Below, piece after piece: positions 39,003-52,785 of a DNA stretch of 64,000 bases. Position 1 is the first letter of the stretch, and every line of letters begins with the position of its first letter. The position numbers were made by a program, and so were the translations under genes. The stretch is from Myxococcales bacterium. Lineage in GTDB: Bacteria; Desulfobacterota; Binatia; HRBIN30. Below the pieces are notes generated by a model that worked only from the letters and a program-made list of their open reading frames with translations, was not told the origin of the DNA and ran no database searches. The stretch covers positions 96,001 through 160,000 of the forward strand of contig JBBILD010000003.1 in assembly GCA_037445065.1 (NCBI GenBank). The letters are read 5' to 3'.

Positions 39003-39076
39003 CGCGCCCTGGCTGATTCGAACAGCCGACCCCAAGATTCGTAGTCTTGTGCTCTATCCAGCTGAGCTAAGGGCGC
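39003..39076 (-). tRNA. tRNA-Arg(ACG)
   Basis: GCGCCCTTAGCTCAGCTGGATAGAGCACAAGACTACGAATCTTGGGGTCGGCTGTTCGAATCAGCCAGGGCGCG; anticodon arm CAAGA-CTACGAA-TCTTG; CCA not encoded. Confidence 0.95.
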
Positions 39077-39191
39077 ACGTGACTGGCCGCTGAAAGCGGC
39101 AGCGCGCGTACCTAACACGCACTCAGAGGGCGCGCAACGGAACCTAACAAGCACCGATAGAGCGCGCGATTAGTTGAGGCCGGCTTGCCCA

Positions 39192-39827
39192 TCACTGGGA
39201 GGAACCCAGGGTAGGAGCACGGGGTACGCTCGTAGCGCTTCCCCCCGACACTGGCGAGCCGCCCGAGCCGTACCAGAGCAGTGGGAGGACCTCCCGAAAG
39301 TACTCGATCCCTGACCACAAGCTCACGCCGAGTGCGAGCCACAAGAAGTACATCCCGATCGCAAAAAAATCGATGCCGAGCAGCGAGTAATGCAGAATGA
39401 GTCCGTGGAGCGCGAACATTTGCAGAATCATTTTGTACTTGCCGAGAGTCTCGGCCTCGACCACCAGACCGTGTGCCAGGGCCACAGCGCGCAGGCCGGT
39501 CACGGCAATCTCGCGCGTGATGACGACCACTGCCATCCACGCGGGCACATGTGGTTCCCGCTCCATTGCGACCAGCATGATGAGCGCGCCCGCCACGACT
39601 AACTTGTCTGCGAGGGGATCGAGAATCTTCCCCAGGGTCGTGGTCTGCCCGTACAACCTCGCCAAATATCCATCTAGAAAGTCCGACAGGCTGGCCAGGA
39701 AAAACGTCACCGCAGCGGCGATACCTGCCTCGATCCCCGGTTTCGTGAGCAGAAGGATGAGGACCGGGATCAGCGCCAGGCGAAGCAGCGTGAAGAGATT
39801 CGGTAACTGAAAAAGCTCCTTCCACAA
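39192..39827 (-). CDS. pgsA: CDP-diacylglycerol--glycerol-3-phosphate 3-phosphatidyltransferase
   Basis: LPNLFTLLR, SDFLDGYLAR, GKILDPLADK, REIAVTGLR, GKYKM. Confidence 0.93.
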   Translation of the reverse strand: MWKELFQLPNLFTLLRLALIPVLILLLTKPGIEAGIAAAVTFFLASLSDFLDGYLARLYGQTTTLGKILDPLADKLVVAGALIMLVAMEREPHVPAWMAVVVITREIAVTGLRAVALAHGLVVEAETLGKYKMILQMFALHGLILHYSLLGIDFFAIGMYFLWLALGVSLWSGIEYFREVLPLLWYGSGGSPVSGGSATSVPRAPTLGSSQ

Positions 39828-39839
39828 AGCACGTTCCGC

Positions 39840-40466
39840 TTACTGCTGCGCGAGGCGCTCTTGCAAGTAGCGGTCGCGAAAACGCAGGACGCGCGCAACA
39901 TAATCCCAGGTCTCCGGAAAGGGAGGAATCCCCCCGGCGCGATCCACCGCTCCTTCACCCGCGTTGTAGGCCGCGAGTGCCAGGCGTAAGTTGCCATTGT
40001 AGCGATCCAACAGGTAGCGCAGGTGGCGCACCCCCCCATCGATGTTTTCCCTGGGATCGAACACCCGCGCTACCCCGCGCAAGCGGGCAGTGCCGGGCAT
40101 GAGCTGCATGAGGCCCAAGGCCCCCTTCGGTGAGACCGCGTCGGCTACGAAATCGGATTCGGCGCGGATGACGGCCTTGACCAGCGCCACGTCTACTTGA
40201 TGGCGTTCCGCCGCTTGCCGCACGATGTGGTCGTAGGCCTGATAGCGCTTGGGGTCGACCCAACGTCGGCCCCAACTGGTCCAGCGGGCTGCACGCCACA
40301 CGTCCTTTTCGGAGCGGTAAAAGCGAAAGTGCGGTTCCGCTGGGGCGTTCGAGAAATGCAAAACTCCGCGGCCGTCCCGGTACATGTAAATGTCGGCCTG
40401 CGCCCGCGTTCCGAATGCCAAGGCGCAAGCCGATGCGAGCCATAACCACCAACCTTTCCCTCGCAT
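39840..40466 (-). CDS. Lytic transglycosylase (SLT domain) with N-terminal DUF4124-like segment
   Basis: ADIYMYRDGRGVLHFSNAP; AVIRAESDF, SPKGALGLMQLMP, ALAAYNAG, ETWDYV. Confidence 0.92.
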   Translation of the reverse strand: MRGKGWWLWLASACALAFGTRAQADIYMYRDGRGVLHFSNAPAEPHFRFYRSEKDVWRAARWTSWGRRWVDPKRYQAYDHIVRQAAERHQVDVALVKAVIRAESDFVADAVSPKGALGLMQLMPGTARLRGVARVFDPRENIDGGVRHLRYLLDRYNGNLRLALAAYNAGEGAVDRAGGIPPFPETWDYVARVLRFRDRYLQERLAQQ

Positions 40467-40648
40467 GGCTCGGTAACTACTAGGGTCGAAATCCACGGTC
40501 AACCAAAAACTCGCAACTTGGGAAACACGGGCGGAACGCCTGCGTTCGAGTTTGGTTGCGGTCCGACGTGCGACACCGAGGGTGGAGGAACACGTCGCGC
40601 CGGGTGCGGGCTTAGAACGAAAGCCCCGCGCGTACGCTCGGGGATGCG

Positions 40649-41347
40649 TCACGCCAGATCGAAGAGCAGAACCTCCGCGGGCCCAAAAGCGCCAATGGCA
40701 ATTTGTGGTTCCGAGCTAATGGCGGCCCCGTCTCCGGCTTCGAGGCGGTAGTTGCCGACTTCCACAGTTCCACTCGCGACTTGTAGCCACCCAAAGCGGT
40801 GCGGCGCGAAAGCGTGCCGGACTTCCTCACCGGCTTCGAGCCATGCGGCGAAGACATGCGCGTCCTGATGAATCGTAACAGCCGCCGACCCTCCTTCCGG
40901 TGCACCGATCAGGCGCAAGCGGCCGCGCATTGCGTCGCGATCGATCCGCCGCTGCTCGTACCCGGGGGCAAGGCCGGTGCGGTCGGGAACGATCCAAATC
41001 TGCAGGAGATGAACCGGCTCGGCATCGGAGGCATTGAACTCGCTGTGAGTGATGCCGGTACCGGCGGTCATGCGTTGGATTTCGCCTCGCCGGATGAGCG
41101 ATTCGTTCCCGAGACTGTCCCGATGCGCAAGGGTTCCAGAGAGCGGGTAAGTCAGGATTTCCATGTCACGGTGCTGGTGTGGCGCGAACCCACCACTGGG
41201 GGCGATCATGTCTTCGTTGCACACGCGCAGCGAGCGAAAGCCCATCCAGCGCGGGTCGTGATACGAGTCGAAGGAAAACGTATGGTGACTCACCAGCCAG
41301 GTACGCCGCGTGCAGCCACGCTCCTTGCCTTTTCGAATCGCAATCAT
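40649..41347 (-). CDS. Pirin family protein (YhhW-like)
   Basis: HTFSFDSYHDP, HQHRDMEILTY, HRDSLGN, MTAGTGITHSEFN, LLQIWI. Confidence 0.93.
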   Translation of the reverse strand: MIAIRKGKERGCTRRTWLVSHHTFSFDSYHDPRWMGFRSLRVCNEDMIAPSGGFAPHQHRDMEILTYPLSGTLAHRDSLGNESLIRRGEIQRMTAGTGITHSEFNASDAEPVHLLQIWIVPDRTGLAPGYEQRRIDRDAMRGRLRLIGAPEGGSAAVTIHQDAHVFAAWLEAGEEVRHAFAPHRFGWLQVASGTVEVGNYRLEAGDGAAISSEPQIAIGAFGPAEVLLFDLA

Positions 41348-41695
41348 GGATTCTGTTTGTGTCGAGCTGCTCCTCGGCGAAGCCGGGATGGGAATGATTT
41401 CCTAACCCAATCGCTTCCTGTTGCACAACTCGAAGCGTTCGTTGCGGCGGGCGGGCCGTCGCCCACGCAACGAACGCTGGCAGTTGCTTGCGCGCGCGGT
41501 CCGATGCCCACCGCGGCGGTACCGGACGATGTTGCCTGGAAGCGCTGGCGGGTAGGAATCAGGGTGCTTGCCGTCAGCGGCACGGATTTGGAGCTTGGGC
41601 AGAGTTTTTCCGGCGGAATCCCGGCGCTGTGTGCGCCCGCGCGGGGCCCGCGTTGACGCTGCTCGGCACCGTGCCGTACAGTACAAACCTCGCCA

Positions 41696-44104
41696 ATGGT
41701 AACGACTCGTGACTCCCGTGTGTTTGTTTGCGTGCACGGCCACTTCTACCAGCCCCCACGCGAGAACCCGTGGCTTGGTGCAATCGAGCGCCAGCCTTCC
41801 GCTGCCCCGTATCACGACTGGAACGAGCGGATTACCGCAGAGTGTTACCAGCCAAACGCGCGCGCGCGGGTGTTGAATCGGGAAGGACGCATCGCGCAGC
41901 TTCGCAATAACTACGCGTGGATCAGCTTCAACTTCGGTCCCACCTTGCTGCAATGGCTCCAACGGAAAGCGCCGGACGTGTATAGCGCCATCCGCGAAGC
42001 GGATCGCGAAAGCCAAGCGAGGCTCGGTCACGGCAACGCGATTGCGCAAGTGTACGGACACGCCATTCTGCCTCTCGCCGGAGCGAGGGACCAGCGGACG
42101 CAGGTGCGCTGGGGGATTGCTGACTTCGAGGCACGCTTCGGGCGCAAACCCAGAGGTATGTGGCTTCCCGAGACCGCCGTTGACCTCGCTTCTCTGCGCT
42201 GCTTGGCTGAGGAGGGTATCCGTTTCACGGTCCTTGCACCTGCCCAAGCGGCACGCGTCTCGTTGGCAGGAGGGCCATTTCAGCCGGTCCATCCGCAGAG
42301 CCTCGACACCACGCGCCCGTACCTTTGCCGGGTAGGAGAAGGACGAGAAATGGTGTTGTTCTTCTACGATCCCGAACTGGCAAGCGGGATTGCGTTCGGT
42401 GACCTGCTGCGGGACGGCCGCGCCTTGGCCGCGCGCATGCTCGCACGCGGCCTCGGCAAGGGCGATCACCCCCTGGTGCACGTGGCAGCAGATGGGGAGA
42501 CGTACGGGCACCACCATCGCTTCGGCGACATGGCGCTGGCCGCGGCGCTCGACGAACTCGAGCGGGACGCGCGCGTGGTGGTCACCAACTACGCCGCCTA
42601 TCTGGAGCAGGTTCCGGTGGTGGATCGGGTCGAGATTCACGAACGCACTGCTTGGAGCTGTGCGCACGGCTTGGCCCGTTGGAGTGCAGACTGCCCCTGC
42701 CACACCGGCCACAGCAATTGGCAGCACCAATGGCGCGGGCCCCTGCGCTCTGCGTTCGAGTGGTTAAAAGATGAGCTGGACCGCCGCTTCGAACGTTATG
42801 CCAGTCGTTGGTTGCGTGATCCTTGGCTCGCTCGTGATGGCTACGTGAACGTACTCCTCCAGCCTGACGGCGAGGTACGGGAGGATTTTTTGCGGCGGCA
42901 CGCGCGGCGTGCTCTTTCCGCACGAGAACGCGCCTCGGTGTGGAAACTCCTCGAGATGCAGCACGCGGGCCTGCTGATGTTTACGAGCTGCGGGTGGTTT
43001 TTCGACGACCCATCGGGACTCGAGACCACGCAAGTGTTGAGTTACGCTGCCCGTGCCACCGAACTGGCTGCAGAGTTCGGTACCTCGCTCGAACCGGAGT
43101 TGGTGGCACGTCTCGAGTCCGGCAAGAGCAACGTCGCGGAATTCGGCTCCATTGCCGGTGTCTACCGGCGTTTGGTGCACGCCCGGCGCTTCCCGGCAGA
43201 GCGGGTGGTGGCTCATTATGCAATGCTCGGAGCACTCGAACCGCCGCCGAAAATTCAGGAGACGTACACGTATCGGATCACGGCGGTGGAGCGGGCATTC
43301 GATACTGGGGCTACGACGAGCTTTGCGGCTGGTCGCGTGCTGGCGCGCCACCTGCCCACCGAGGAGGAACGAGACTACGACTACGTTGTGCTTCATTTCG
43401 GTGGCCACGAGTTTCGCTGTGCGGTCAGCTTGGCACGGCCAGAGTTCGTGCGAACGAAACCGGCGGAGCTGCTTGCCCGTTACCGCAGCCAACCCCTCGG
43501 ACAGTTTTTGCGAGAGATGGAAGTATGGTTTCCCGGCGCCCCCTTTCACTTGGGAGACTTGTTCGACGCGGCGCGCAGAGAGATTCTCAACCGAGTCACG
43601 CACGAGATTCGCGAGCGCATCGCCCGCCTGTATGAACGGGTCATTGACGAGCAGCGCCGTTTGATCGAGTTCTTGACCTCGGAAGACTTGCCGTTGCTAC
43701 CAGAGCTGCGCCTTGCGCTTTCCTTTGTGTTGCAGCGGCGTTGGGACGAGCGGGTGGCGCAGTTTTTGTGCGGCGAGGCGGAACTCGATGAGGCATTAGC
43801 CGTGGCGGACGATGCGCGGCGGTGGGGGATCGAGTTGGATAAGGAAGGAGCCGCGCGAGCGGTGGCTGAGGCGGTAGCCGTGGTGTTCTCAGCAAGCCCA
43901 TTTTCCACCGCCATCGCCGAGCGGGCGCACGCGTTACTCGACGCGGGCGCGGGGATGGGACTGTTGGTGGACTTGCACGCCGCGCAGGACGGCTTCTATC
44001 AGCTGTGGCTGCGGGAGCAGCACGCCTGGCCGGAGGATTTGAAGCAGCAGGCCGCCCGACTCGCGGAGCGGCTCGGCTTTGCGTTGGCTAGTGGCAATGC
44101 TTGA
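41696..44104 (+). CDS. Glycoside hydrolase family 57 protein with DUF3536
   Basis: [56 protein letters not shown]. Confidence 0.9.
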   Translation: MVTTRDSRVFVCVHGHFYQPPRENPWLGAIERQPSAAPYHDWNERITAECYQPNARARVLNREGRIAQLRNNYAWISFNFGPTLLQWLQRKAPDVYSAIREADRESQARLGHGNAIAQVYGHAILPLAGARDQRTQVRWGIADFEARFGRKPRGMWLPETAVDLASLRCLAEEGIRFTVLAPAQAARVSLAGGPFQPVHPQSLDTTRPYLCRVGEGREMVLFFYDPELASGIAFGDLLRDGRALAARMLARGLGKGDHPLVHVAADGETYGHHHRFGDMALAAALDELERDARVVVTNYAAYLEQVPVVDRVEIHERTAWSCAHGLARWSADCPCHTGHSNWQHQWRGPLRSAFEWLKDELDRRFERYASRWLRDPWLARDGYVNVLLQPDGEVREDFLRRHARRALSARERASVWKLLEMQHAGLLMFTSCGWFFDDPSGLETTQVLSYAARATELAAEFGTSLEPELVARLESGKSNVAEFGSIAGVYRRLVHARRFPAERVVAHYAMLGALEPPPKIQETYTYRITAVERAFDTGATTSFAAGRVLARHLPTEEERDYDYVVLHFGGHEFRCAVSLARPEFVRTKPAELLARYRSQPLGQFLREMEVWFPGAPFHLGDLFDAARREILNRVTHEIRERIARLYERVIDEQRRLIEFLTSEDLPLLPELRLALSFVLQRRWDERVAQFLCGEAELDEALAVADDARRWGIELDKEGAARAVAEAVAVVFSASPFSTAIAERAHALLDAGAGMGLLVDLHAAQDGFYQLWLREQHAWPEDLKQQAARLAERLGFALASGNA

Positions 44105-44169
44105 CCGCGGCGGCCGCTTGCGCCATCAGTTCGGGCCCGTTCCGTTCGAATCGAGGGAGAGCAAGAACG

Positions 44170-46116
44170 ATGAGCCAAGGGGACATTCAATCCGTACTGC
44201 GAGAGGAACGCCTGTTTCATCCGCCTGCTGAGTTCAGTGCAAAAGCAAATCTAACGAAGGCGGAATACGAGGCGCGCATTCGCCAGGCGGAACAAGACCC
44301 GGAGGGATTCTGGGCAGATGTAGCGGCAGAGATCGATTGGTTTTCGCCTTGGAAGAAGGTCCTCGAGTGGAAGCCGCCGTTCGCCAAGTGGTTTGTCGGA
44401 GCGACGACGAACGTGTCGCACAACTGTCTGGACCGGCACTTACGGTCCTGGCGGCGCAACAAAGCGGCGTTGATCTGGGAAGGGGAACCGGGCGACACCA
44501 GGGTGCTGACATATCATGATTTGCACCGGGAAGTGTGCCGTTTTGCCAACGTACTCAAGCGCTTGGGTGTGCAAAGTGGGGATCGCGTTGGCATTTACAT
44601 GCCGCTTGTGCCCGAGGCAGTGGTCGCGATGCTGGCCTGCGCGCGCATTGGCGCGACACAGAGCGTTGTATTTGGCGGCTTCAGTGCCGACGCGCTGCGC
44701 AGCCGACTCAACGACGCACACGCCAAGGTGCTGGTGACCGCTGACGGTGGCTATCGGAGGGGTGGAGTGGTTCCGCTCAAAGCAAACGCCGACGAAGCAC
44801 TGCGGGATGCCCCTTCGGTGGAGAGCGTGGTAGTCGTGCGGCGCACGGGTGATACCGTGGCCATGAAGGGCGGGCGCGATCGTTGGTGGCACGAGCTCAT
44901 GGAGCAGGTCAGCGGTGAGTGCCCGGCCGAGCCCTTGGATGCCGAGCACCCCCTGTTCATCCTGTACACCAGCGGTACGACCGGAAAGCCAAAAGGGGTG
45001 GTGCACACCACCGGCGGTTACTTGGTACACACCCACATTACCGCAAAGTGGATTTTCGATTTGAAAGAAGAGGACACCTACTGGTGCACGGCGGATATCG
45101 GTTGGGTCACCGGACACAGCTACGTCGTGTACGGAATCTTGTCGAACGGGGCGACCACGGTCCTGTACGAGGGGGCACCGAATTACCCGGAGCCGGACCG
45201 TTTTTGGCAGATCGTGGACCGTTACGGCGTAACCATTTTATACACCGCTCCGACAGCCATTCGCAGCTTCATGAAGTGGGGCCGGGACTGGCCGCGCAAG
45301 CACCGATTGACCTCGCTTCGCTTGTTGGGCAGCGTGGGAGAGCCCATCAACCCCGAAGCTTGGATTTGGTATCATGAAGAAATCGGAAAGAGCCGCTGTC
45401 CGATCGTGGACACTTGGTGGCAAACGGAGACGGGTGGCATCTTGATTGCGCCGATTCCTGGCGTGACCCCGACCAAGCCCGGTTCGGCGTCGCGGCCTCT
45501 TCCTGGAATTGCAGCAGAGGTGGTGACCCGGGACGGCAAGCCCGTCGGTGTAAATCAGGGCGGTTATCTAGTGATCCGGCGCCCCTGGCCCGGGATGCTT
45601 CGCACCGTCTACGGCGATCCGGACCGATACGTACAGCAGTATTGGAGCCAGATACCGGGTGCGTATTTCACTGGGGACGGGGCTCGCTGCGATCAAGATG
45701 GCTACTTCTGGATCATGGGCCGGGTGGACGATGTGGTGAACGTGGCCGGGCACCGCTTGGGAACGATGGAGGTGGAGAGTGCTCTGGTGAGCCATCCGGC
45801 AGTGGCCGAGGCCGCAGTGGTGGGAAGACCTGATCCCATCAAGGGTGAGGCAATCGTGGCTTTCGTGACCCTAGAAAGCGGGCATAAGCCGACGGAGGAA
45901 CTGCGCATCGAGTTGAGGGATCATGTTGCAAAGGAAATTGGAGCGTTTGCTCGACCGGAGGAAATCCGTTTCGCTGAGGCTCTGCCAAAAACTCGATCCG
46001 GTAAGATCATGCGCCGCTTGCTCCGTGACATTGCGGCCGGGCAGGAGACCGTTGGTGATACGAGCACGCTGGAGGACTTCAGCGTGCTCGCGCGCTTACG
46101 AGAAGAGGAAGAGTGA
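44170..46116 (+). CDS. acs: Acetyl-CoA synthetase
   Basis: [39 protein letters not shown]. Confidence 0.97.
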   Translation: MSQGDIQSVLREERLFHPPAEFSAKANLTKAEYEARIRQAEQDPEGFWADVAAEIDWFSPWKKVLEWKPPFAKWFVGATTNVSHNCLDRHLRSWRRNKAALIWEGEPGDTRVLTYHDLHREVCRFANVLKRLGVQSGDRVGIYMPLVPEAVVAMLACARIGATQSVVFGGFSADALRSRLNDAHAKVLVTADGGYRRGGVVPLKANADEALRDAPSVESVVVVRRTGDTVAMKGGRDRWWHELMEQVSGECPAEPLDAEHPLFILYTSGTTGKPKGVVHTTGGYLVHTHITAKWIFDLKEEDTYWCTADIGWVTGHSYVVYGILSNGATTVLYEGAPNYPEPDRFWQIVDRYGVTILYTAPTAIRSFMKWGRDWPRKHRLTSLRLLGSVGEPINPEAWIWYHEEIGKSRCPIVDTWWQTETGGILIAPIPGVTPTKPGSASRPLPGIAAEVVTRDGKPVGVNQGGYLVIRRPWPGMLRTVYGDPDRYVQQYWSQIPGAYFTGDGARCDQDGYFWIMGRVDDVVNVAGHRLGTMEVESALVSHPAVAEAAVVGRPDPIKGEAIVAFVTLESGHKPTEELRIELRDHVAKEIGAFARPEEIRFAEALPKTRSGKIMRRLLRDIAAGQETVGDTSTLEDFSVLARLREEEE

Positions 46117-46164
46117 CCCGGTGTTGCGAGGGTGACCGCTAGTCAGGGAACGAGAACGACAGCC

Positions 46165-47583
46165 GTGAGCCTGCGCGTACACAACACCCTTTCTGGACGA
46201 CTCGAGGACTTTGTTCCCCTGCATCCTCCGCGCGTGGGAATGTACGTTTGCGGGGTCACAGTGTACGACCGCTCGCATATCGGACACGCACGCGCGCTGG
46301 TCACCTTCGATGTGGTGTTCCGGTACTTGCGCTCGCTCGGCTACCAGGTGACGTTTGTCCGCAATTTCACGGACGTTGATGATAAGATCATCTCCCGTGC
46401 CCGTGAGCTGGGAATTCCGCCAAGTGCGCTGGTTGCGGAGAATCTGGAGACATTTGCTCAGGACGTTCGCGCTCTCGGCTGTTTGCCTCCTACCATCGAA
46501 CCGCGGGCCACAGAGCACATCGGCGACATGATCGCGCTGATTCAGAAACTGTTGCAGCGCGACCTGGCGTACGTGGTGGACGGAGACGTGTACTTTTGCG
46601 TCGAACGATTTCCAGGGTACGGGAAGCTTTCGAAACGGCAGCTCAAGGACATGGTGGCGGGGGCGCGCGTGGAGGTGGACGAACGCAAGCGCCATCCGAT
46701 GGATTTCGCGTTGTGGAAAGCGAGCAAACCTGGCGAGCCGTGGTGGGAGAGCCCATGGGGGCCGGGGCGTCCCGGGTGGCATATCGAGTGTTCGGCAATG
46801 AGTACGAAATACCTCGGCCAGCCGTTCGATATCCATGGAGGTGGTGCGGATTTGATTTTTCCCCACCACGAAAACGAAATCGCACAGTCGGAGGGAGCCC
46901 ATGGGTGCGAGTTCGCGCGCTATTGGTTGCACAATGGGTTGGTGACAATTGGGGCCGAGAAAATGTCCAAGTCGCTCGGCAACTTCATGACAGTCGGGGA
47001 GGCAGTCGAACGGGCGGGAGGAGAGGCAACCCGCCTGTTTGTTTTGGGGACGCATTACCGCAGCCCGCTTGATTTCACCCCGGAAAGACTGGATGAGTGC
47101 AGTCGCGCGCTTGCGCGCTTATACGAGACGCTCGCTCGCATAGACGAGGCTTTGGAAGCCAGTGTGGCGGACGCGGATCCGCGTGTCTTGGCGGAGTACC
47201 GCGACGCCATGGACGACGATTTCAACACCGCGCGTGCGGTGGGACTGCTGTTCGAGTCGGTCCGCGAGATGAATCGGCTGCTCGATGCAGGGAAGGGTCA
47301 CAAAGCTGGGCCACAGCGCGCAGCCGTGCGCGCGATGGCAGAGGTGCTTGGAGTGGGGGGTAGTGATCCGGTCCGCGTGCTGCAGGAGGAGCGCCAGCGG
47401 TTTTTGTCCAAACACGGACTGAGTGAGGAGCTGATTTTGGCACGCATCCGCGAGCGGGCGGAGGCGCGCAAAGTGAAGGACTTCACACGTGCGGATCAGA
47501 TTCGCGCGGAGCTGCGGGCACTCGGAATCGCCCTCGAAGACACTCCGCAAGGAACCGTTTGGAAGGTAGAACGGGGGGCCTGA
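46165..47583 (+). CDS. cysS: Cysteine--tRNA ligase
   Basis: MYVCGVTVY, HIGH, GRPGWHIECS, HHENE, KMSKS; alternative start 46132. Confidence 0.97.
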   Translation: MSLRVHNTLSGRLEDFVPLHPPRVGMYVCGVTVYDRSHIGHARALVTFDVVFRYLRSLGYQVTFVRNFTDVDDKIISRARELGIPPSALVAENLETFAQDVRALGCLPPTIEPRATEHIGDMIALIQKLLQRDLAYVVDGDVYFCVERFPGYGKLSKRQLKDMVAGARVEVDERKRHPMDFALWKASKPGEPWWESPWGPGRPGWHIECSAMSTKYLGQPFDIHGGGADLIFPHHENEIAQSEGAHGCEFARYWLHNGLVTIGAEKMSKSLGNFMTVGEAVERAGGEATRLFVLGTHYRSPLDFTPERLDECSRALARLYETLARIDEALEASVADADPRVLAEYRDAMDDDFNTARAVGLLFESVREMNRLLDAGKGHKAGPQRAAVRAMAEVLGVGGSDPVRVLQEERQRFLSKHGLSEELILARIRERAEARKVKDFTRADQIRAELRALGIALEDTPQGTVWKVERGA

Positions 47584-47831
47584 CCCAAGGGCGCGGCGTG
47601 GCTCGTGGCGCGGACTAAGGGATCCTGTTGAAGTCGGTGCTTGTTTTGGAGCGCGGGCCGCTGTCGAGCGGTCGAGAACACAGCCAAAGCCAGCTCCGCC
47701 GGGGAGAGGCAAAAGAGGGGATTCGTCCGGATCCGCGCCAGACTTGCTGTACGTTTCGGACTGGGTAGTCGTTCCCAGCCGGGCAAGTGCGTGAACTGCC
47801 GCGCAGCTTCGCGCGAGACCCGCCGGCGTAG

Positions 47832-49187
<1,356 letters not shown>

Positions 49188-49264
49188 CGCCGCTTGCTGC
49201 CGCGCGCTTAGGGTGCATCCAGCGATGCCATCGATCGCGGCAGCGTCAGAACGAACACCCGTAG

Positions 49265-50014
49265 TCAGCCCTTTTGCGTGAGTTGGCTCGCTACCGCGGC
49301 TGTCGCCTGGGCCACGCGCTCCGGGTCACCCAGGTAATAGTGCCGCGCCGGTTTCAAGTTGCCGTCGAGTTCGTACACGAGAGGGATCCCGGTCGGTATG
49401 TTCAAGCCGACAATGTCCGTGTCGGAGATGCCGTCCAAGTATTTGACCAGTGCACGCAAGCTGTTTCCGTGTGCCGCAATGATCGTGCGCTCGCCTGCTG
49501 CCACGCGCGGGGCAATTTCCCCCTGCCAGTATGGAAGGAAACGCGCGACGGTGTCCTTGAGGGACTCGGTGCACGGTAGCTGATCGGGGGGCAAGGAACG
49601 GTAACGGGGGTCGTGGCGGGGATGCCGTGGGTCGTCGGGGTCGAGCGGGGGAGGAGGGACGTCGTAGCTGCGCCGCCATAGTTGGGTTTGTTCAAGCCCG
49701 TGCCGGGCAGCCGTTTCGGCTTTGTTGAGTCCCTGGAGCGCCCCGTAGTGGCGTTCGTTGAGCCGCCAGGAGTTGTGAATGGGGATCCACATTTGGTCCA
49801 GTTCTTCCAGGACGATCCACAACGTTTTGATGGCGCGCTTCAGAACGGAGGTGAACGCCACATCAAATTCGAAGCCCTGTTCGCGCAAGATCTGGCCGGC
49901 TTGGCGTGCTTCTTCGATGCCCCGTTCGCTGAGACCCACGTCGGTCCAACCCGTAAATCGGTTCTCCCGGTTCCAAACGCTCTCGCCGTGACGCAGGAGT
50001 ACCAATCTTCTCAT
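49265..50014 (-). CDS. gpmA: 2,3-bisphosphoglycerate-dependent phosphoglycerate mutase
   Basis: [42 protein letters not shown]. Confidence 0.97.
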   Translation of the reverse strand: MRRLVLLRHGESVWNRENRFTGWTDVGLSERGIEEARQAGQILREQGFEFDVAFTSVLKRAIKTLWIVLEELDQMWIPIHNSWRLNERHYGALQGLNKAETAARHGLEQTQLWRRSYDVPPPPLDPDDPRHPRHDPRYRSLPPDQLPCTESLKDTVARFLPYWQGEIAPRVAAGERTIIAAHGNSLRALVKYLDGISDTDIVGLNIPTGIPLVYELDGNLKPARHYYLGDPERVAQATAAVASQLTQKG

Positions 50015-50131
50015 CGCTACCAAGCCTCGGCTGCGTGCTAGCAAGAGCCGGACGGTATGGGAAGTTGGCAAGGCACGGACGACAGCGTAATGGAGATCCG
50101 TGGTAAAGACGAAGGAGCCTGGGAGGATGTT

Positions 50132-51805
50132 ATGGCGAATCGCGTGTTGTCCCGAGCGAAGCCCGGGGAGCCGGTGCCTGCGGGTGAGCTTGTGGACGTA
50201 AGCAAGTTGATCACCGCCTACTTCAAGCAGTGCCCGGATGCTGGAGAGCCGGCACAGCGCGTGCGCTTTGGTACCTCAGGGCATCGCGGCTCTTCGCTGT
50301 CTCTCTCCTTTAACGAGCGGCATATCCTGGCGATGACACAGGCGATTTGTGAATACCGGGCGGCAGCAGGAGTGAACGGCCCCTTGTTCTTGGGGCGCGA
50401 CACGCACGCCCTCTCAGAGCCCGCTTGGGTGACGGCGGTGGAAGTGTTGGTAGGCAATGGGGTTGACGTTTGCATTGATTCAGGAGACGCCTTTACTCCG
50501 ACCCCAGTGATTTCGCGGGCGATCCTAAAGCACAACCGGGGCAGAACCAGCGGGCTGGCAGACGGGATCGTGGTCACCCCCTCGCACAACCCCCCGGAGG
50601 ACGGTGGCTTCAAGTATAATGGACCGCACGGCGGTGCAGCAGACACGGGAGCTACGGCCTGGATCGAGAGACGAGCGAACCAAATCCTCACTGCCGACTG
50701 CAGGGATGTTCGGCGGGTTCCCCTTCAGCGTGCGCGAACCTCGGGCCGCTTGCGGCGCTTCGATTACCTCAGCGATTACGTGCCCGACCTAGCTTTTGCC
50801 GTCCAGTGCGATGTCATCCGCGCCGCCAAGCTTCGGCTCGCGGTGGACCCGCTCGGCGGAGCATCGCTTCACTACTGGGGCAGAATCGCGGAGGACTACG
50901 CATTGAACCTGGAAATCGTCAACCAAACAGTGGACCCCACCTTCCGCTTTATGCCTGCGGATTGGGACGGGCGAATTCGCATGGACTGTTCCTCGCCCTT
51001 TGCGATGCGCGGGTTGGTGAACCTACGGGAGCGTTTCGATCTCGCCTTTGGCAACGACACGGATGCGGATCGCCATGGGATCGTTACCCGAGCGGCTGGA
51101 CTGATGAATCCAAATCACTATCTCAGCGTGGCCCTTTCCTACTTGTTGCAAAATCGGCCTGCGTGGCCTCGGCCAGGACGCATTGGGAAGACGGTTGTCA
51201 CCACCCAGCTCCTTGACCGCATCGCCTCGGGCTTCGGTTGCGGCGTCTTCGATACACCTGTTGGATTCAAGTGGTTTGTCAGCGGACTCCATGCGGGGGA
51301 ACTGCTGTTTGCCGGAGAGGAAAGCGCCGGGGCTTCGTTTCTGTGTTTCGATGGTGAAGTGTGGACGACCGAAAAAGACGGTATCCTGCTGGCGTTGCTT
51401 GCGGCAGAAATTACCGCCCGGGAGGGCCGCGACCCGGCCGAGTTGTATCGCGACCTGACCCGTCGCTGGGGAACCCCCGCTTATGAGCGGATTGACGCTC
51501 CCGCCACGCCAGCGCAAAAAGCAGCCCTCGCGCGACTCGATGCGAGCAATGTACGGTTGGAAACCCTTGGGGGCGAGCGTGTGGAGCAGGTGCTGAGCCG
51601 TGCCCCGGGAAACGGAGAACCGATTGGTGGAGTAAAAGTGGTCACTCGCAATGGCTGGTTTGCGGCGCGACCCTCGGGCACCGAGGATGTCTACAAGCTT
51701 TACGCGGAAAGCTTTCTAGGGCAAGAACACCTGCGCGCGATTCAAAACGAGGCACGGAGATTTCTCGTGCAGGTTTTGGCAGACAGCGCACCCGAATCTT
51801 CGTAA
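50132..51805 (+). CDS. pgm: Phosphoglucomutase (alpha-D-glucose-1,6-bisphosphate-dependent)
   Basis: [37 protein letters not shown]. Confidence 0.95.
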   Translation: MANRVLSRAKPGEPVPAGELVDVSKLITAYFKQCPDAGEPAQRVRFGTSGHRGSSLSLSFNERHILAMTQAICEYRAAAGVNGPLFLGRDTHALSEPAWVTAVEVLVGNGVDVCIDSGDAFTPTPVISRAILKHNRGRTSGLADGIVVTPSHNPPEDGGFKYNGPHGGAADTGATAWIERRANQILTADCRDVRRVPLQRARTSGRLRRFDYLSDYVPDLAFAVQCDVIRAAKLRLAVDPLGGASLHYWGRIAEDYALNLEIVNQTVDPTFRFMPADWDGRIRMDCSSPFAMRGLVNLRERFDLAFGNDTDADRHGIVTRAAGLMNPNHYLSVALSYLLQNRPAWPRPGRIGKTVVTTQLLDRIASGFGCGVFDTPVGFKWFVSGLHAGELLFAGEESAGASFLCFDGEVWTTEKDGILLALLAAEITAREGRDPAELYRDLTRRWGTPAYERIDAPATPAQKAALARLDASNVRLETLGGERVEQVLSRAPGNGEPIGGVKVVTRNGWFAARPSGTEDVYKLYAESFLGQEHLRAIQNEARRFLVQVLADSAPESS

Positions 51806-51807
51806 GA

Positions 51808-52785
51808 ATGATCCTCGCGGTAGACGTCGGCGGAACTAACACGCGCGCGGCCTGGTTCGAAAATGGAGACCTGCGCCGGTCGCTTCGTACGCGCACGGAG
51901 GCAACGTACAAAGTGGCCTCGTTGGAAAGTTGGCTACGGGCTCTCCTGGGGGAGGAACCTCGTGTGGAGGCGGTTTGTGTCGGTGTGGCGGGGCCGGTCT
52001 TCGGCGGGCGGAGCTTTACGGTGAACCTGCCGTGGTCGGTGGATGCGCAGGAGTTGAGCCGCGGGCTTGGCTCGATACCGGTTTGGGTTGTTAACGACCT
52101 TGAGGCAGCGGCCTACGGGGTTGAAGAACTCCGTCCAGAGCAATGGGCGGAGCTTTGCCCTTGTCGAACGCAACTCCCAAGCGGGCCGGGCAATCGCGCG
52201 GTGATTGCCGCGGGCACGGGTCTCGGTGAAGCGGGATTGTGTTGGAATGGGACCGAGTTTCAACCGTTTGCGACAGAAGGCGGCCACGCTTCGTTCGCCC
52301 CGACTGACGACTTGGATGTCGAACTCTTGCGGTGGCTGTGGAAACGTTTTGATCACGTCAGTTGGGAACGGGTGCTTTCGGGGCCAGGCATTAAGAACAT
52401 TTACGACTTTTTGCTGGAGCGTAGCGCTCAGGAACCGCGGACGGTTTTCAACACCGCTGAGGAGATTGCCAGCGCGGCCGCGGCTGGGAAGTGTGCACTC
52501 AGCGTCGCTACGATGCAGCACTTTGCGCGTTTTTACGGAGCCGAGGCTGCGAACCTAGCCCTTAAGACGATGGCAACCGGCGGGGTCTACGTGGTGGGAA
52601 CGATGGCGGTCAAGAACCGAATGTTTCTCGACAGCGACCACTTTCGTGAAGCCTTTTGGGGAAAGGGACGGATGCGGCCGTTGCTGGAAGCAATTCCGGT
52701 GCGCCTGGTCTTGCTGGAAGACCTGGGCTTGCTCGGTGCCGCGGTGTGCGCTCGGCGCCGACTTCGCCAACTTCGTTCCGCTTAG
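51808..52785 (+). CDS. glk: Glucokinase
   Basis: ILAVDVGGTN, GVAGPV, NDLEAAAYG, AGTGLG, EGGH, ERVLSGPG. Confidence 0.92.
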   Translation: MILAVDVGGTNTRAAWFENGDLRRSLRTRTEATYKVASLESWLRALLGEEPRVEAVCVGVAGPVFGGRSFTVNLPWSVDAQELSRGLGSIPVWVVNDLEAAAYGVEELRPEQWAELCPCRTQLPSGPGNRAVIAAGTGLGEAGLCWNGTEFQPFATEGGHASFAPTDDLDVELLRWLWKRFDHVSWERVLSGPGIKNIYDFLLERSAQEPRTVFNTAEEIASAAAAGKCALSVATMQHFARFYGAEAANLALKTMATGGVYVVGTMAVKNRMFLDSDHFREAFWGKGRMRPLLEAIPVRLVLLEDLGLLGAAVCARRRLRQLRSA